Positions 1-14,349 of a stretch of DNA of 64,000 nucleotides are shown here, in pieces. The notes under the pieces are model-generated. The model was not told where the DNA came from. It searched no databases and saw only the letters and a program-made list of their open reading frames with translations. This stretch comes from Fimbriosthenelais zetlandica (lineage: Eukaryota): positions 60,202,001 through 60,266,000 of the forward strand of contig OZ365109.1 of assembly GCA_977030845.1 (NCBI GenBank). Direction: 5' to 3'. The position numbers and the translations under genes are program-made. Numbering within the stretch: the stretch's first letter is position 1; every line of letters starts with the position of its first letter.

Positions 1-772
1 TAAGCTGAATCAATGTTTTTTTATAGATGTTTTTTGTTTAAATAATATTTCGTACTTATGGGCCACCGTACCTTGACCCAAATACCTACTCCACCCGTTA
101 CTCTATATGTCACATCTACTCTGAATGGCACGCAGTTTTGTGGGCGTAGGGTCACTCGAATTCTTGTTGACAGTCAAGTAAACAATGATGTTTTTTATTC
201 AATTTCTGCATAAATAAACTACCCCCAAAGCTGATCTTCTGCAAAGTGAACCCAGAATATGTCTTGTGTAGGCTCGTAATGATAAATTTGAGCCAGACAT
301 GAAAGCAATGTCAGAAATAACCTCCGCAAATTACTTATATTCATGAGCGATTTGATGTCAGTAAACGGCTTCAAGCTGAACCATGCCTTTCAGATGAATT
401 GAAGCTCATTTCTCGACAAATACTTGGATTTAAACAGTCTATCTTACAGAACATCTTGCGGATATGTCAATCTGTCCATGTCATATTATGAATAACAGTG
501 ACACGGTGTATTTCTGAAGTTTATTGAGGTTTTAGTGGTCGCAGAATCCACCCGAAGTGATGATTTTTGATTATTTAAATGAGGGGCCCTCAGAGGGGGC
601 TCGATTCCCAAGATTAAAACGATGTAAAAGATTACAAAAACACAAAATGTCCCCCGGTAAGCGTGCATATCGTGTTGTACAAAGTTGATTTCACCACTGC
701 TATGATCTCTAAGAGGTGGATAGAGTTTTTCGAGTTTTTATTAACGTTTGTATTATTATTATATATAGAGAG

Positions 773-1255
773 GAGAGGGCTGGCCTCATGGGTTTTTCTA
801 AATTCAGGCTGAGTTTTGGTCCTCATTCTATATTCCTGGGGTGCAAAACAGCTGCGAAAAGGTGTGAAAGGGGCAAAATAAGTCAAAATAACCTTCGGAA
901 TTATATTATAAGGGTTTTATTTACCTAATGCACCAGTTTTAGCTCGGTTTTAAAGCCCTGACAGTTATTATTAGAGAAAATACTATTATTATATAAGACT
1001 TCAGTTAATTATATAAGTTGGAGAGGGCTGGCCTCTCGGGTTTTTCTAAATTCAGGCCGATTTTGGTCCTCATTCTATATTCCTGGGGTACAAAACAGCC
1101 GCAAAAAGGGGTGAAAGAGGCAAAAAAAGTCAAAATAATCTTCAGAATTGTATTATAAGGGTTTTATTTACCTAATGCACCAGTTTTAGCTCAGTTTTAA
1201 AGCCCTGACAGTTATTATTAGAGAAAATACTATTATTATATAAGACTTCAGTTAA
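773..1255 (+). repeat. Tandem duplication, two copies with 248-bp period (773-1008 and 1021-1255)
   Basis: Both copies begin GAGAGGGCTGGCCTC and end TATAAGACTTCAGTTAA, with only scattered substitutions between them. Confidence 0.9.
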
Positions 1256-1685
1256 CGATATTTCTTATATCACTTAAGTCTCCATATTTTCGTGGAATAA
1301 TTATTGGCTGGAGATGGGAGTGTGGGAATTAATTATAATAAATTTCATTATTATTTAACACTAATAAATATTGTAATTAGCGCCACTCTCATTTGACATT
1401 TTATGACGTCAATTGCCATCCGCAACCCCTCCCCCCTCCCCCCGCCTCCTACATCTTGATTTGCTTCTGACATCCCTGCCATCAGGTGACCTCTTTGTTT
1501 AAGGTGAGAGAGGCTAGGCTTCTGACCTATGTGCAACACTTTATCTTGCGTAATTTTGTAATGAGTTAATGCCATTATATAACAGCCTTGTTCTGCAATG
1601 ATATCTATTATCATGTGCACCTACCTGGCTCCACGAGGCGACAACATCCACTTGTGGCTACCATGGAATAGGCCTATGGGATTTA

Positions 1686-2671
1686 CAGTGCACCCTCGCT
1701 ATACCGCCACCTTTGGTACCTAGCCAAAAGTGGCGGTATAGCGAGGGTGGCGGTATAGCGAAATGGCAAATCTCTTACGTAATACATTGTACATGTATGC
1801 ATGTTAGTAGGCCTAAATGTATAATAATTTAAAGTAAAATATATTAACTCGCATAGCCTTTAATTTGTAAATTGAAAAGAATGATCTTTCCAAAATGTAG
1901 AATATGCGTCTAAATCTAAAAAATAGAGAAAATAGTACCAATATTAAACCTTGGAGATGTGGTTTTGGGGCTCATCAATTAAACAATTTAAAGCAAGTTC
2001 CTGAATGATATGGTTTCAAATATTGTTTAAATATTGTTTTAAATCTCTACATATCTATCGTTAACAGAACTAAGTTTAATATAATTATGGTGAATGACCA
2101 AAGCATGTTTAAAAAAAAGATATTTCTTTAATTCCCAAATTCTTTGAATTCTTATTTGTTTGATTTTGTGTAAATTTGTATGGAGAATTAGAGCGCAAAA
2201 ATGAATGAATATTGGATTATTCCTAGCCAGTTTTAAAATACTATTTGTTGAATTAGAATAACATAAAACATTTGTCATCATTTTAATCATTAGTGATTAT
2301 GTCTTAGTAACTCATATAGGCTATAAATTATCTGGTGATCTTTAACTGCCGTCTAAAAATGATATCAAGTGAGGCTTGTCTCGATTAATGAAAGGGTGTT
2401 GGTACAGAGACGCCGCCACATGTTTGTTTAGCAATAGCCCGCCCCTTAATCTCTTAGCTTGTTGTAACAAGCCAGGTAGAAAATCGTCACCAGTGGCAGT
2501 ATAACGAGGTGAGGAGGACTTTTCGTCCCCCAAATAACATGGCGGATGGCGGAAAGCGAGGGTGGCGCTTTATCGAGGGAAATAACATGGGCGGAAATCC
2601 GTTCTGGGTAAAAGCATGGCGGTAAGCGAGGGTGGCGTTGTATCGAGGGGCGGTATAGCGAGGGTGCACTG
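1686..2671. mobile_element. Non-autonomous Tc1/mariner-superfamily (pogo/Tigger-like) DNA transposon, 986 bp
   Basis: Perfect 23-bp TIR CAGTGCACCCTCGCTATACCGCC (1686-1708; reverse complement at 2649-2671), flanked by TA on both sides (1684-1685, 2672-2673). Repeated subterminal GGCGGTATAGCGAGG-like motifs. No transposase ORF. Confidence 0.88.
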
Positions 2672-5600
2672 TACCATGGAATACGGGAATAAGTAATACT
2701 CCATGGGTAGGGGAGAATAAAGGATCGATTGGTATGCATACCTGATGACAATATCAGATATGAATTTAAAAAAAGATTTATCTGTTTATGAAGGGAAAAG
2801 GATGCCAAATGATATCAAGATTCAATGGAAGGGACGGGAGAGGGAAGAGTGTCTGCCCTGTACTATTATCTACCAGGGACTGTTAATAGTGGCCATTACG
2901 ACCCTGCCATCGCCTTTAGATACCCTAAGATCTCCCATCGTTAACGGCTTTCAGCTCCTACAGACCACAGCCATTTGCTTCTATTTGTACACGCGTAGAT
3001 CAATTTGTGTTACCAGGACAACAGTTAGAACTGCTTAATCCCGGAACACAAAGGGTTAAATCGCATTTTAAAATGAAATATTCCATTTTCAAGAAAGGAA
3101 GCAAACAGCCTTGTATTCTTTTGTGATATTGGTTCTCCCTTTGGAATTTAATTTTCATAATGTTCAGAGCTTTTAGCTCACGTCTAATCTTTCTATACAG
3201 TGACTCTTCCAGTTGTATTTTTCTCGAATGAGGCATTTCCTCTTGTGTTCAGGAACGATGGATTCAATTTGGAGACGCTGATCTCTGTTTTGCTCGAATT
3301 AGTATTGATCTCTCAGTTCCAATTCAATCTGTGGATATGCTTCTGTTCACATTCTTGTTCACAGTTCTATAGGCCTCGGAATATCGAGCTGCTTATGAAA
3401 AATAACCTTTAAATGTCCTTCAATTTAGTTGAAGATAATTATAAATCTCCCTCCCAAATAGATCGTTAAGGAATCTGCACTTAAAGGAATGGCATCTTCT
3501 ACCACCTCATCACCTGTTTTAGGTGATCTTAATTCTTTGAATTCTACTCATTAGGTACGTGATAATTGTACCAATTCCAGGAGGGATTAGTCCTCAGATT
3601 GCCTGGTCACTATTTACTGAGAGGCAGCTCATTGAAATTGACAATTGGCCTCCTTAGCCAAGAGGCTAAGACGGGTGATGAAGGCCAGGAAGCTGGTTCC
3701 CAAGCTTCTTATCATGACGTTGATGCTCGGAGCTGCTCACTGAGCAATATTTATAGATGTATAAGGGACGCCTCGCTCCTCAGATCCTATCTATAATCCA
3801 ACGCCTCGACACGGGGCTGGAACCGTCCACATTCATGGCCGCTAATGATCAATTTGCATTGTTCCTCACCAGATGCTTCCTTAATGACCAGGCAGGTGAT
3901 CGGTATTAATAAATGCATTCCTGAGAGAAAATATCGTGGTGACCGTTTTCTGTACTGAAAGATTTTACCATGGCAGTCACTTTCGTTACCCATTTTGAGA
4001 TCTTCTCTCATATTAAAACAATGTCTAGATTGAAATGTTTATCATCAACCATGGCATGAGACGAAATGAGTCCTGGAAAACTAATTTATTAGTTAGTAAT
4101 AATGATCAAGTATGAGTAAAAAAAAAAACATTTGCAGCCCTGATATTTACTGTCCATGGGATGACGCGCGCGAATGTCCATCTTTAGAGAGAATGCATGT
4201 ATAAAAGGAAAGCTATTTCCGGTCTTGAGTAATAGTGGATTGCTATTGAAACATTAAATTTTCTGGTTTTGAGCTTATCAATTCCGACAAAAGATCATAC
4301 CGGATTCATTCACATAGCCGTAACAATTTGGCCTGACATTCTATGTCTAGTATATAATATATATGAGGGTTGGGAAATTGGAGAAGCATTCTCCATGAAA
4401 CTACTTATCAGGGCTTAGTCCGTCCATGGAAATTGACGGAGAGTCCATGTGCGTGTTCCCAGAGTTGGTGAGGTGGAGAGGGAGAAAGTGGAAAAAGTGA
4501 GAATCGAAGAAGAAGTAGGAGACGGAATGAGGAGGTGGGAGCAGGTGTATGAATGGAGTGGGGGCGGTAGTAGGACGGTGGTGTGTAGGTGCAGTAGGGG
4601 GGAGTAGGAAGAGTAGGTGGAACTGATTATCTTAAATCTGATCGTCTTGTGCTGACTGTGGTTACATTAATTAGCTGCGCATGCCAGTGGATATCCATCA
4701 ACCTGATAGAATGGACATCATCAAATCTAGCAGCCTTCTAATTAACAATCTGTTGAGCCACGGGGCATGCTCATTTAAATGTCCCCTTGATCATACGAGC
4801 ACAACATGGCTAGAGATTGGTCTGATTAGCTCCTGATAGTTTTTTGCTTCTTTTTTAGGAGAATGCCATCTATTTAACATGGTCTGGCAAAGGGGATAGC
4901 CTTGATCTTGCTCCAATAATAATTGTCTGGGGTATAATACTGCCCCTACGGAGATAACATTCATGGTCTTTTATTCACGTTATAATGTGTATTTCTGTAT
5001 CAACGATATCTCTTTTTTTGTTTTCCATTATCGCATCTAATTCCATATATAATATTATGATTTTCCATTTAAAAAATAAACTATGCGTCCTCTAGAAGGG
5101 ATGGAAAGATACAAAAGTATGTTCATAATGTCGTTTGTGAATGGGTCAGTTCATGGATTGGGCACTCTACTTGCTTATTTCACGATACTGGGCAAATCAC
5201 ATGCTCATTTCATGAAAATGGTAAATTTTCTGCCCAGTTTATGATATGGACAGTTGCCTAGTTCATAAAATGAGCTACTTGCAAGTCAGTTGCACAGTTC
5301 ATGAACTGGGTTGTTTCAGTAACGGATCTAACGATTACACATGCTATACATGTACATGTACTAAAAAATATCATGGCATTTTGAGTTCTTTCAACGCTAT
5401 TACTTATGTCCGTTCTTTATCTGCATAATGCCCATTATACCCAAGTATATTGTATGTGGGAATTGATATAATTATGTAGGTATTAAAATATTCCATTTGC
5501 ACGATATAAAGCTTGCCGGAGTCCTCCCCTTATATTTGTTCCCCTGGACCCCATTGCCACTGGTCTGTCACATTTCATTAAATACCAACAGCCATTCATT

Positions 5601-6379
5601 GTAGGCTGGCGTGCCTGCCTACCAATCTCTCCATTACTCCAATAATAAATGCACTGTTCTGATGTCCCTGGCTAAATATAGACCTGGCAGGCTGGCAGAA
5701 AGGAGCACAGATGTGTCTCTGTGGATTTAAATCTGGACGGTACAAAGGGACTGAATGGACAATAAAAATGAACAGAATCCATACATGATCAAAGAAATTT
5801 AACTGGGTTAACAACTTTTAAAACCCCTTTTAAAACTCTAATTTATCAATAACGTATGGTTGACTGTTACATTAACGCTTCTTCAATGAGCCATCATATT
5901 GATTGCTGTTTTCAGCTGTTTTTGTCTGTTTGACATTATCTATGTCAATCCCTACCGAGCCTCTATGGTTGATAATTAAATAGACCATAATTGCCATTGC
6001 ACTAATTCCTTCCGATGTATTCTCCCTTTTTTCAATTATCTCCGACAGTTATTTAAGAGCTATCCTGTCTTTCCTACCCTGCTTGCTCAGCAAGAATCGT
6101 CGGGATTTCCATCGACCCTTGGTCCTTTACAGAACCAACAGGGCCTGGTTGTCAGTACATTACCAGACTAATTAGTTCTGCTGGTCCATGTTTGCCCAGT
6201 GGCATGCACAGAGGGCTGTAAGTGGAATGGAGCATATACGTCAAGTCCAGCTGTTGAGTTGACTGATTTCTAGTAGTCTAAATACAATTTACAACGTCTG
6301 CTGAGATGGATATAACACAGACGATATACTGGAACTTGGTTTCAGTTTCCTGAAATGGATTGCATCCACTTTACCACAC

Positions 6380-7510
6380 ACTTACCTACCGATTGATTTT
6401 TGGTACCAGTATTTTGGGTCAAGTATCCTGCACATTTAATTTGCAGTCACTTGAACGTTTTAAGAAAAATCTGTTCATAGCTTAAATGTTTGGTTCAGAT
6501 TATTGGACATATAAAATCTATATGTTGGTTAGTTGCTCCAGTCCCTTGCAGATTTTGTCTCGTTAAGGATTATCTTTAATATTGCAATAATTATTTCTAG
6601 CCCATGATCAGTTCTGGCCCTTATCATGCTTCTATCAGTCATCTTATGTGGTATTTCTGATTCTGGTATTTTTTGCCTATAAATAGTATAGACAGGATGA
6701 TATGAACCTATGACCTTTATCTACTTCTGCCCATGGGAGATACTATCTCATAATGATAGTAGTGTGTGGAAATGTTACATTGTCCCTGGGTCCGTGTAGT
6801 AATCAGAGGAGTACAGTATAGTGGAAGTGGAGGAAGTATCCCCATCACATATAATAGAAGTACTGGGAAATGGTTCGAAGGATCTGGCGTCCTATACCAT
6901 TAGAGGTAATAATAAATTTCGTAGATATAATCTCCAGCGTATAATCTTCACCTGCGAGTTTTCTGCGAAATCTCATTCTGATGGCATGAACCATTATCCT
7001 CATACAGTGAAAGGGATATGCTTAGGCCTATTCATTGTGTTAAATTTGGCCAATTATATCAGGTTACTTCTGACGTCAATTCGTCACGTTGCCTCCAAAT
7101 TTCACGTGTTTTAAGGAGTTAAACTGGGCATTATTACTCAGGTTTATAAAAGGGGGCTACATATTTAGAATTTAGAATTATATTTTTCCGTTAAATTCTG
7201 ATTGTGTGGCTAGAACCGTTCCCAAGAGTACTTTTTCAGTCAAATGAAGATAATTATGGTTAGGTTTGTTTTAGCTTGAATCAACAATGCTATTGTTAAC
7301 CACATTCAGGATGGTTCCATGGGAAAAAACAGTATTTGTTAAGTGGCTAAAACCTCTACAGACAGCTCTATCACTCACGTACTGGCTCCCTTGCCTTATT
7401 TAAGTGTAGGAAGTCAGTTATATCACCGCTTGAGCACACCATTTACCATATGATTTAAGAAAGATGCTTACAGAGCAACAGAAGTAGACCACTGGCCCAA
7501 TCCCTCTAAT
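6380..7510 (-). mobile_element. Possible heavily decayed Ty3/Gypsy pol relic
   Basis: Minus-strand peptide fragments in pol order: DWASGLLL (~7490) and DFLHLNKA (~7400), RT-start-like; KIIRWRLYL (6922-6948), RNase H end-like; KILVPKINR (~6400). Many stops and frameshifts, and the spacing would require internal deletion. Confidence 0.25.
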
Positions 7511-8886
7511 AAAGTGCTCTCTCTGAGTCTCAGAGATTGTAACAGATGGTCTTTTTCTAACCTGTACCATTTTGACCATGGCAGTATATATAACCTACTG
7601 TAAAAGGCGTAGTGCAACTATTCATATAAGGAAAACACTTATAAATCAAACCCCTTACCTCATAAATCAAAATGGTGGCCTACACGTTTTTCTCTTTTAA
7701 ACTGCTAAGTTTTATTTTAAGATTAATAATTCGGTAAAATTCGGAAGGATTGTAAGATCGGGCTTTTTGCTTATCAAGACGTATATCCGTTTCTTGAATG
7801 CTATTCCCTGTGGGCCATATGGGCTATATATGTACCTCTATATGTCCTATACAAGTGATAAATGTCACTGGTATATGGACATTAGGCACCCGAGCAGGTC
7901 ATTTCCTCTAATGGAGACGAGGGGCTCTCATATAGCAGGAAGTTTTCTCAGGGCCTTGTGAATGAATACTTCCCACTGAGAGAGAGAGAATTTATTACAC
8001 TGCACCACGGGTTGTGTAGTGTTATAAATATCATCTGTATTGATTCCACTCTCGGGGATCTGGGCTTTCATACTCGTTCTTATCTCCAGTGTTGGTAACA
8101 TCCCCGCAGCAATTATTTACAACCGGGGATCCTGGATTTCAAGCTTGGAGGAAGCTCTGTCCCCGGTCTCCTTTCTAACTTCAGATAATATCCAAAATTC
8201 TAGAAGTAATTGTGTTAAACCAACTCTATATTATAATTATTATAATTAGTGAGTGAATATTGGTTTAACGTCCATGCAGTCAGAATGAGGAAACACAATG
8301 TTGGCGCATAATAGCCTGCTCTTCTCGAAAGGCAGCAATTTTGCTTTATATTACTCTCAGTGGCAGACATGGCTGCACTGAGTGGATACGGCAAATTGAA
8401 CCTGGGACCTGCCATATTCAGGTTGAACACTTTACACTGCCCTGTAAAATATTAGGCCTAGTTGACCCACCACGGTAGAATCTATGGTAAGCCCGTGTTT
8501 CCCTGGGTAAGTAGGTATACATCTTAGAATGATAATGAGTGGACCCGAGCGCATGGCATTGTTCTTCATGACTCAACCACTTTTCTTCCTCATTTACTGC
8601 AGTATTTGCTTCCACCTCAGCGTTGTGTGTAAATGCTGGACCTAATGCTCGCTTACCACGCCGCACTGAATGAGATAGCCCTCAAGATTGATGTCATGCT
8701 TTGAGGCACTGGTCTCCCCCGTCGCTGCCACTCCAGGCATTAACCTTAATGTGGCATTAACTCGGAGCAGCTCATGTAATGTGGCTGGTGGCCTTATCAG
8801 GGATCCGTCTTACTATGCTCGAGTAATCCGATGGATATGTGCTGCCTAATGTCGTGGTATATAATCCCCTCTGTATCTCAAGGACT

Positions 8887-8969
8887 CCCTGCCTCTCTCC
8901 CTTCCTCCCTCACCCTCTCCCCTCTCCATCTCTCTCTTCATACCTCTCCCTCTCTCACTCTCTCATCTC
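8887..8969. repeat. Pyrimidine-rich (CT) low-complexity tract
   Basis: Imperfect (CT)n/(CCCT)n run read directly. Confidence 0.8.
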
Positions 8970-11900
8970 AGTCGACATTAACATCAGATATTAACTGCTC
9001 ATAATCCCCTTGTGTCCCCTTGTTGCATAAGATCAGCGAGCACTCGTTGACCAACTGTCGTAGAAAATAAAATCGAAAAGTAGAAAAATATGTACAGGCT
9101 TTTCTGCGAGCTCTCGCTGGGCCTCCAACTTGAACTAACTAAAATGCTACGAGTGAAAATGCTGCGAAAGGTATCTTACAATTGATGCGGGATGTATTGT
9201 TAGTTCCAACGGTACTAGTGATATTATGCTAGCCATCGTTGGACTGCTCGTCCAATCTTCTCCGCAATTTTTTTTCCACGAAAATTCGCTACCAGCACTC
9301 GCTGAAGTTATGCAACTAGGGGAATATGTACATCATGTACCACTAATTAATCAAATATATGCACCATCTACAGTGCCATACAATGGGATAATGAGGTACC
9401 CTCATAATTATATTATTCTTGAATATTCTCCCCTATATAACCTTTAAATTCTCCTTGTTTCATGATCATGTAGCATCATCCTGAAATCAAAGTGCTGACT
9501 CAGCAACGAACCTCTTCTGCCTTTCAACGTCATTTTCTGCACAAAGAGCCACGGACATTTGGCCGTGAAAATAGCAAAGTTGTTTCACATAGTACATAGT
9601 GGCTTCCATTTTCTTTATGGTCGAGGCTTTGCATGACAAGTGTTTCCACCATTGCTTTGGACAGCTCTGAGTCACGCCATTTATCCAACAGTCCACCTAC
9701 CACTGCCATTATGGCTGGTCTTGTAAAATAATATTTGGTTCTCAAATATTCACGCCATTAAAGCAATAAATTCTATTTTGTATGCCTACGCAAGTGACCT
9801 ACGCAAGTGAAATCAAAACCATCCAGTGAATAATTAAATTGAATCGACATTGTAACATGATACAGTATATCATGGCCTATTGCCACGTCAAACATATGAT
9901 TGTATTTCTCTCTTCTGTTTAAAATATGAAAATGATAAATAGAAAAGGAATTTTATTCCTGAACCTGTGTGGGTGTAGAGTTAATCAAGTAAAGGAGTGA
10001 GCCTTATTTAATAAGATCCTAATTGCATTAAATTAGCCACACTATCGTATCCTCGACTCAACTAGCAAATCTCGCTCCAGTCCATTTCCCAATCCTTTAA
10101 AGGTTAGAGGTTAGACATGCAGTGTGGATACCAATAGATAAATATCAAATGCAAATGGATGATTTTTTACTTGCCTTTCTTAGCTAAGCAGGCTACGGTG
10201 ATCTTTTCGCTTATAGATTTATTAGGCATTTCGGCAGAATTTTGCCTACGCCGCTATTTATTTATATGACAGATCAATGTATTTATGAGATATCCTTTTC
10301 TTGGCCAGTGGTCTTGGTTAAACTATTTTCTAATGAGTCTTTTTCTTTACAAAAACCACAACAAAAACGTGTTTTTCTTGATATTTTCCTGGTCTTAATT
10401 TTTTCTATCAAGATTCATTCTCGGTTATGCCTTCTGCTTTTAGTACTAGAGTTAATGTGTTTTTGATGTATGTTCCCTTTTCATGTCTCACACCTCTAGC
10501 GAGAGACGCTTTCAGTATTCGCTGTGATGACCTTTGCATATTCTCAGAAATATGCTTCCCACTGCAGACCAGCAGGAACACTAAGCCCTTCTGTGGCAGT
10601 TTGTATTTGCCAATGTAGGCAGAAGAATAGGAAATTGCCAATCGCATAAGATCCCTTAAAATGCTACTGGACACCCCGCCTACTCGGGGAGCTCAACATA
10701 CATGTATTCCCACCAAGCAAATTTAGCAAGGCTTCTATTGAAAATACGTTTTTCTGCCATACATATACGTTGTATATGCTTATAGAGAATTTAAGGCTTT
10801 AATGAGCCTCCTCATTTCTTTTCTCTTCTTCCTCTTCTCCCTTTCTCCTCCATATTCTCTGCTAAACCTAGCACATCTTCGCCTTCCTGCCCCAAACTCT
10901 ACCCACCCCCATCTGACAGACTGTTCCTAAAGGGAACCGAATAATTTATAAGTGACAGCCAGGATTCGCTGGCCTCACAAAGATGGCACGGTCTCGTGAG
11001 TAAATGAGACACAAATCTGCTCGGTCGCAGCCTGAGCTGCTCAATGTGAGCATATAACATGGCAGGCCTTGTACATATCCCTCTGAACGGAGGTCAACTG
11101 CTCCAGGACTCTATACATCTCACTCAAGCCTGCTCTAGCTAAAGCTATATCTTTATCTACCAGCCCTCCATCTCTATTCATTCTATTTGACAAATTTTCC
11201 TAGTTTTATGTTTATCCTCTCGTCAATCTCTTAAGTACAAAACAGGATAAAGAGCATTTATATATAGTTTACATGTACACATGACTTTTCAAAATTAGAT
11301 TTTACATTTTTACTCGTCAACCCAATCTCGAGGTTGGCGATAATTCACGAGATGTAATACATATGTTATTATTACGATTTAGATATGCCATTATTTGGTT
11401 TGTATTAAAAATAATTTCACTCTGCTCAATCCTTCTTTACACATATTCACTGAAGTTGAACTTTCATACCAATGCCGTCTTGCAATCAGAATGAAAAGTT
11501 AAGAATTTGATGAGATAAGCACTTTACCTGTGTTATTTCACATTCATTTTGAACTTTTCTGAAAATGCCAATTAATTATTAATTTTGCTGATTTGCTCAT
11601 AATAGTTCACAACACCTATCTTTATCTTCTCCGAAATAACCTTTACTGTACCAGAGTAAAGGGAAGTTTCACATCAATTCTAATAGTAACTATAGATCAT
11701 TTGGGGTACGTTTCCTTGTAAACAGTTTTTGAGCCGTTTTTTCGTAAATACTCGAGACTTTCGATCTCGATCTTCCAGACGAGAAATTGATTTAAAAAAC
11801 AAACTTCAACATTTTAGGTATTTGTTTTAGGTGAGCGAAAGAACCACTAATCTCTCTTGCTATATAATAATAATAGTGTTTGAAGTAGAGTTTAATTCCC

Positions 11901-13110
11901 ACAGGTCTGGGAGATGATGGTGGCATTCCATGCATGTAAAGCTTGCTGGTTTTGTTTAGAAAGCCATGGTGCAGACAGCAGATCCCAAATCACATCACTC
12001 AATGTTTTTATCTGACAGTCTTGGCAGCCGGTGTTTTAGTTACTCGGAGTCTCCACTGGTGGCTAGCATTAAGCAGAAAAAAAATATATACTCAACGGAC
12101 AAAAAACAGATGTTGCCAGCTATTGATCATAAATTGTGTTTTAGTTTTGTTTTTTATGCCTGGGTGCGACAGTAATGAGATCTGGTGGCTGATGCCGGAA
12201 GCTTTGAAGTCTTCACGGAAGATTGAAAGACCTCAGATGCTGTTCAAAGTACATGTCTATCGAGAGAGAGACAAAATGTTCAAATGCTTCACCAAGGAGA
12301 GGTTTTATTTACTGAAAGTGATCCATGAACTGATGTCTTGCATTGTTGAAAGGAAACGGCATTTGACAAAAAATGTTCAGGAAATCTGAGAGTAGGAGGG
12401 GATGAAGGAAGAAAAATAATATGAAAATCTGACAGAATGAACTAGTGAAGGTAGGAAAGAAGCACAGTATTATTGGTGCACATCTGTGATAAAATGAGAA
12501 GAGCTCTCTAGGAGAAGGAAAAAGAATATGGACAGAGGGACATAGGAAGAAAAGAAACAAATTAAGGGGAAGAAGGGGAAGACTAAAAAACGGGAAGATG
12601 GTTATAATACAGGAATGGGAGATGAATCAATTCTGTATCGATCGTTTAGCCAAAAATATTTGTTTCCAACAAAAGCATTTCCTCATTTTGATCTGTTAGT
12701 GGAGTGGTCACCTCAATCCTTATTGAGACAGACGAGGCATTTGGACTTCCCTGGCCCACCAGTCTGGAACTTTTAAATGTTCTTTTATCGATCGTGGACT
12801 TTCACTTTCACAGACCACTGGCTCAGGAGACTTGGTCTGTATTCTCCTGGTCGTCTTCCTTTATTCGACTCAAATATAATAAAATTTATTGGTTCATAGA
12901 GTGTGAATCACTTAGCTCAATGAATTATTATTATAATTCTTTATCTCGGTATGGGACCTGTCATTCTCTCTAAAAATGTCTATGTGAGTCTTGTCTGTCT
13001 CTTTCTCTGAGACCCCAAGTTTCTCTATCTCTTTTATGACATCTCACTGTCTCTCTGTGTGTTTCTCCGAGACCCTTTCTGAATTCTCTCTATATATCTA
13101 TCTCTTCCCC

Positions 13111-13198
13111 TCCATCTCTGTCTCTCTGTCTCTCACTCTCTCCTCCACCCCCTCCCCCCCACCCCCCACCCCCTCTCTTTCGCTCTCTCTCTCTCCCT

Positions 13199-13245
<47 letters not shown>

Positions 13246-13257
13246 CCTCTCTCTCTC
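13111..13257. repeat. (CT)n microsatellite with embedded C-runs
   Basis: Long CTCTCT run at 13181-13257 and C-runs at 13146-13172. It explains the spurious Glu/Arg and Ser/Leu ORFs in the track. Confidence 0.92.
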
Positions 13258-14349
13258 ATGGGAATGGTCTCTCTTGAGCTCTGCAGGTGGAATCTGATAG
13301 TGGGATCAACAGCCAAGCTGAATCTGATTTGTAATTCAACTAAGTCTGATAAGTCTAAGGCTTCTCTACCGAAGCAGGAGTGGGAGGGATGAGCCGTAAG
13401 CCCCTGGGAGAAGGGCTCATGTTATAACTTCCAGCTTTTTCCTGGAGATTGTTGATATTTATAAGTATTGACATAGTCCACCTACGCCAAGACCTGGAGA
13501 ACACATATACATACCGTACATATAGTATTCTACATGTGTACACGATATGCAAACGTATTCATGTACATTCCCAAGAAAATTCTTACCTGTTAGTGTCAGC
13601 TGACGCACTGAGCATACAAGATTAAAATTCTGAGGGAAAGTCTGCGTTTGAAGCAAGAGGAGGGGATGCGGAACAATCTGCTACAAGGGATGCGCAGCCA
13701 GTCTGCAGCCATGGTTCGGATAACCAAACTACTGTAACCAATCATTGAATCTGCTGGGAACATTTGACCCAATCTGCAAAAGTGAAGACCCAGTCTTTTT
13801 GGTGTCAAACTCTTAAGTAGTTTTTGCCACAGGTTAATATATATATTTGCTCAATTCCGCACGTACCGAGATGAGCGAAGTTTGACATCATATTTTAATC
13901 TGTACACCCCCCAAAAGGCAGCCATCCTTCACAGGCAATCTGTTGATGTAAATATGATATCTGCTTGATGTTACTAATGATCAGTTACAGATTGCATTGG
14001 ACTTCTGGCTTCTAGCAGTGAGATGTGATGCAGCTGATGGGCCCGCCCACGCAACTTGTTTTTGTAATGGTTGTACCACAGTGACTGTTACTCACCTCCA
14101 CGCCTTCCTTAAAGCTAGAAGCCACACTACTGTTATATTACCAGCCTGCCTAATGTTATTGCTGGAATTGGCTTCCACGACAGGGAGACTGAGAATTACC
14201 ATTCAATATAGCTGGCACAATCCGAATACATTAGATCCGAACTTTACTGAGGCTTTTAAGCAACATTTTATTTCCCATTATGTCCCATTCTATATTAGAT
14301 CAGAGTATTGTACATGTACACATACCTACTTTTCTATATACATTTTATA

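Noticed and set aside
11943-12389. 148-aa plus-strand ORF
   Set aside because: Non-ATG start, no recognisable motif and no exon boundaries.
12991-13392. Ser/Leu-rich and Glu/Arg-rich ORFs
   Set aside because: Generated by the (CT)n microsatellite.
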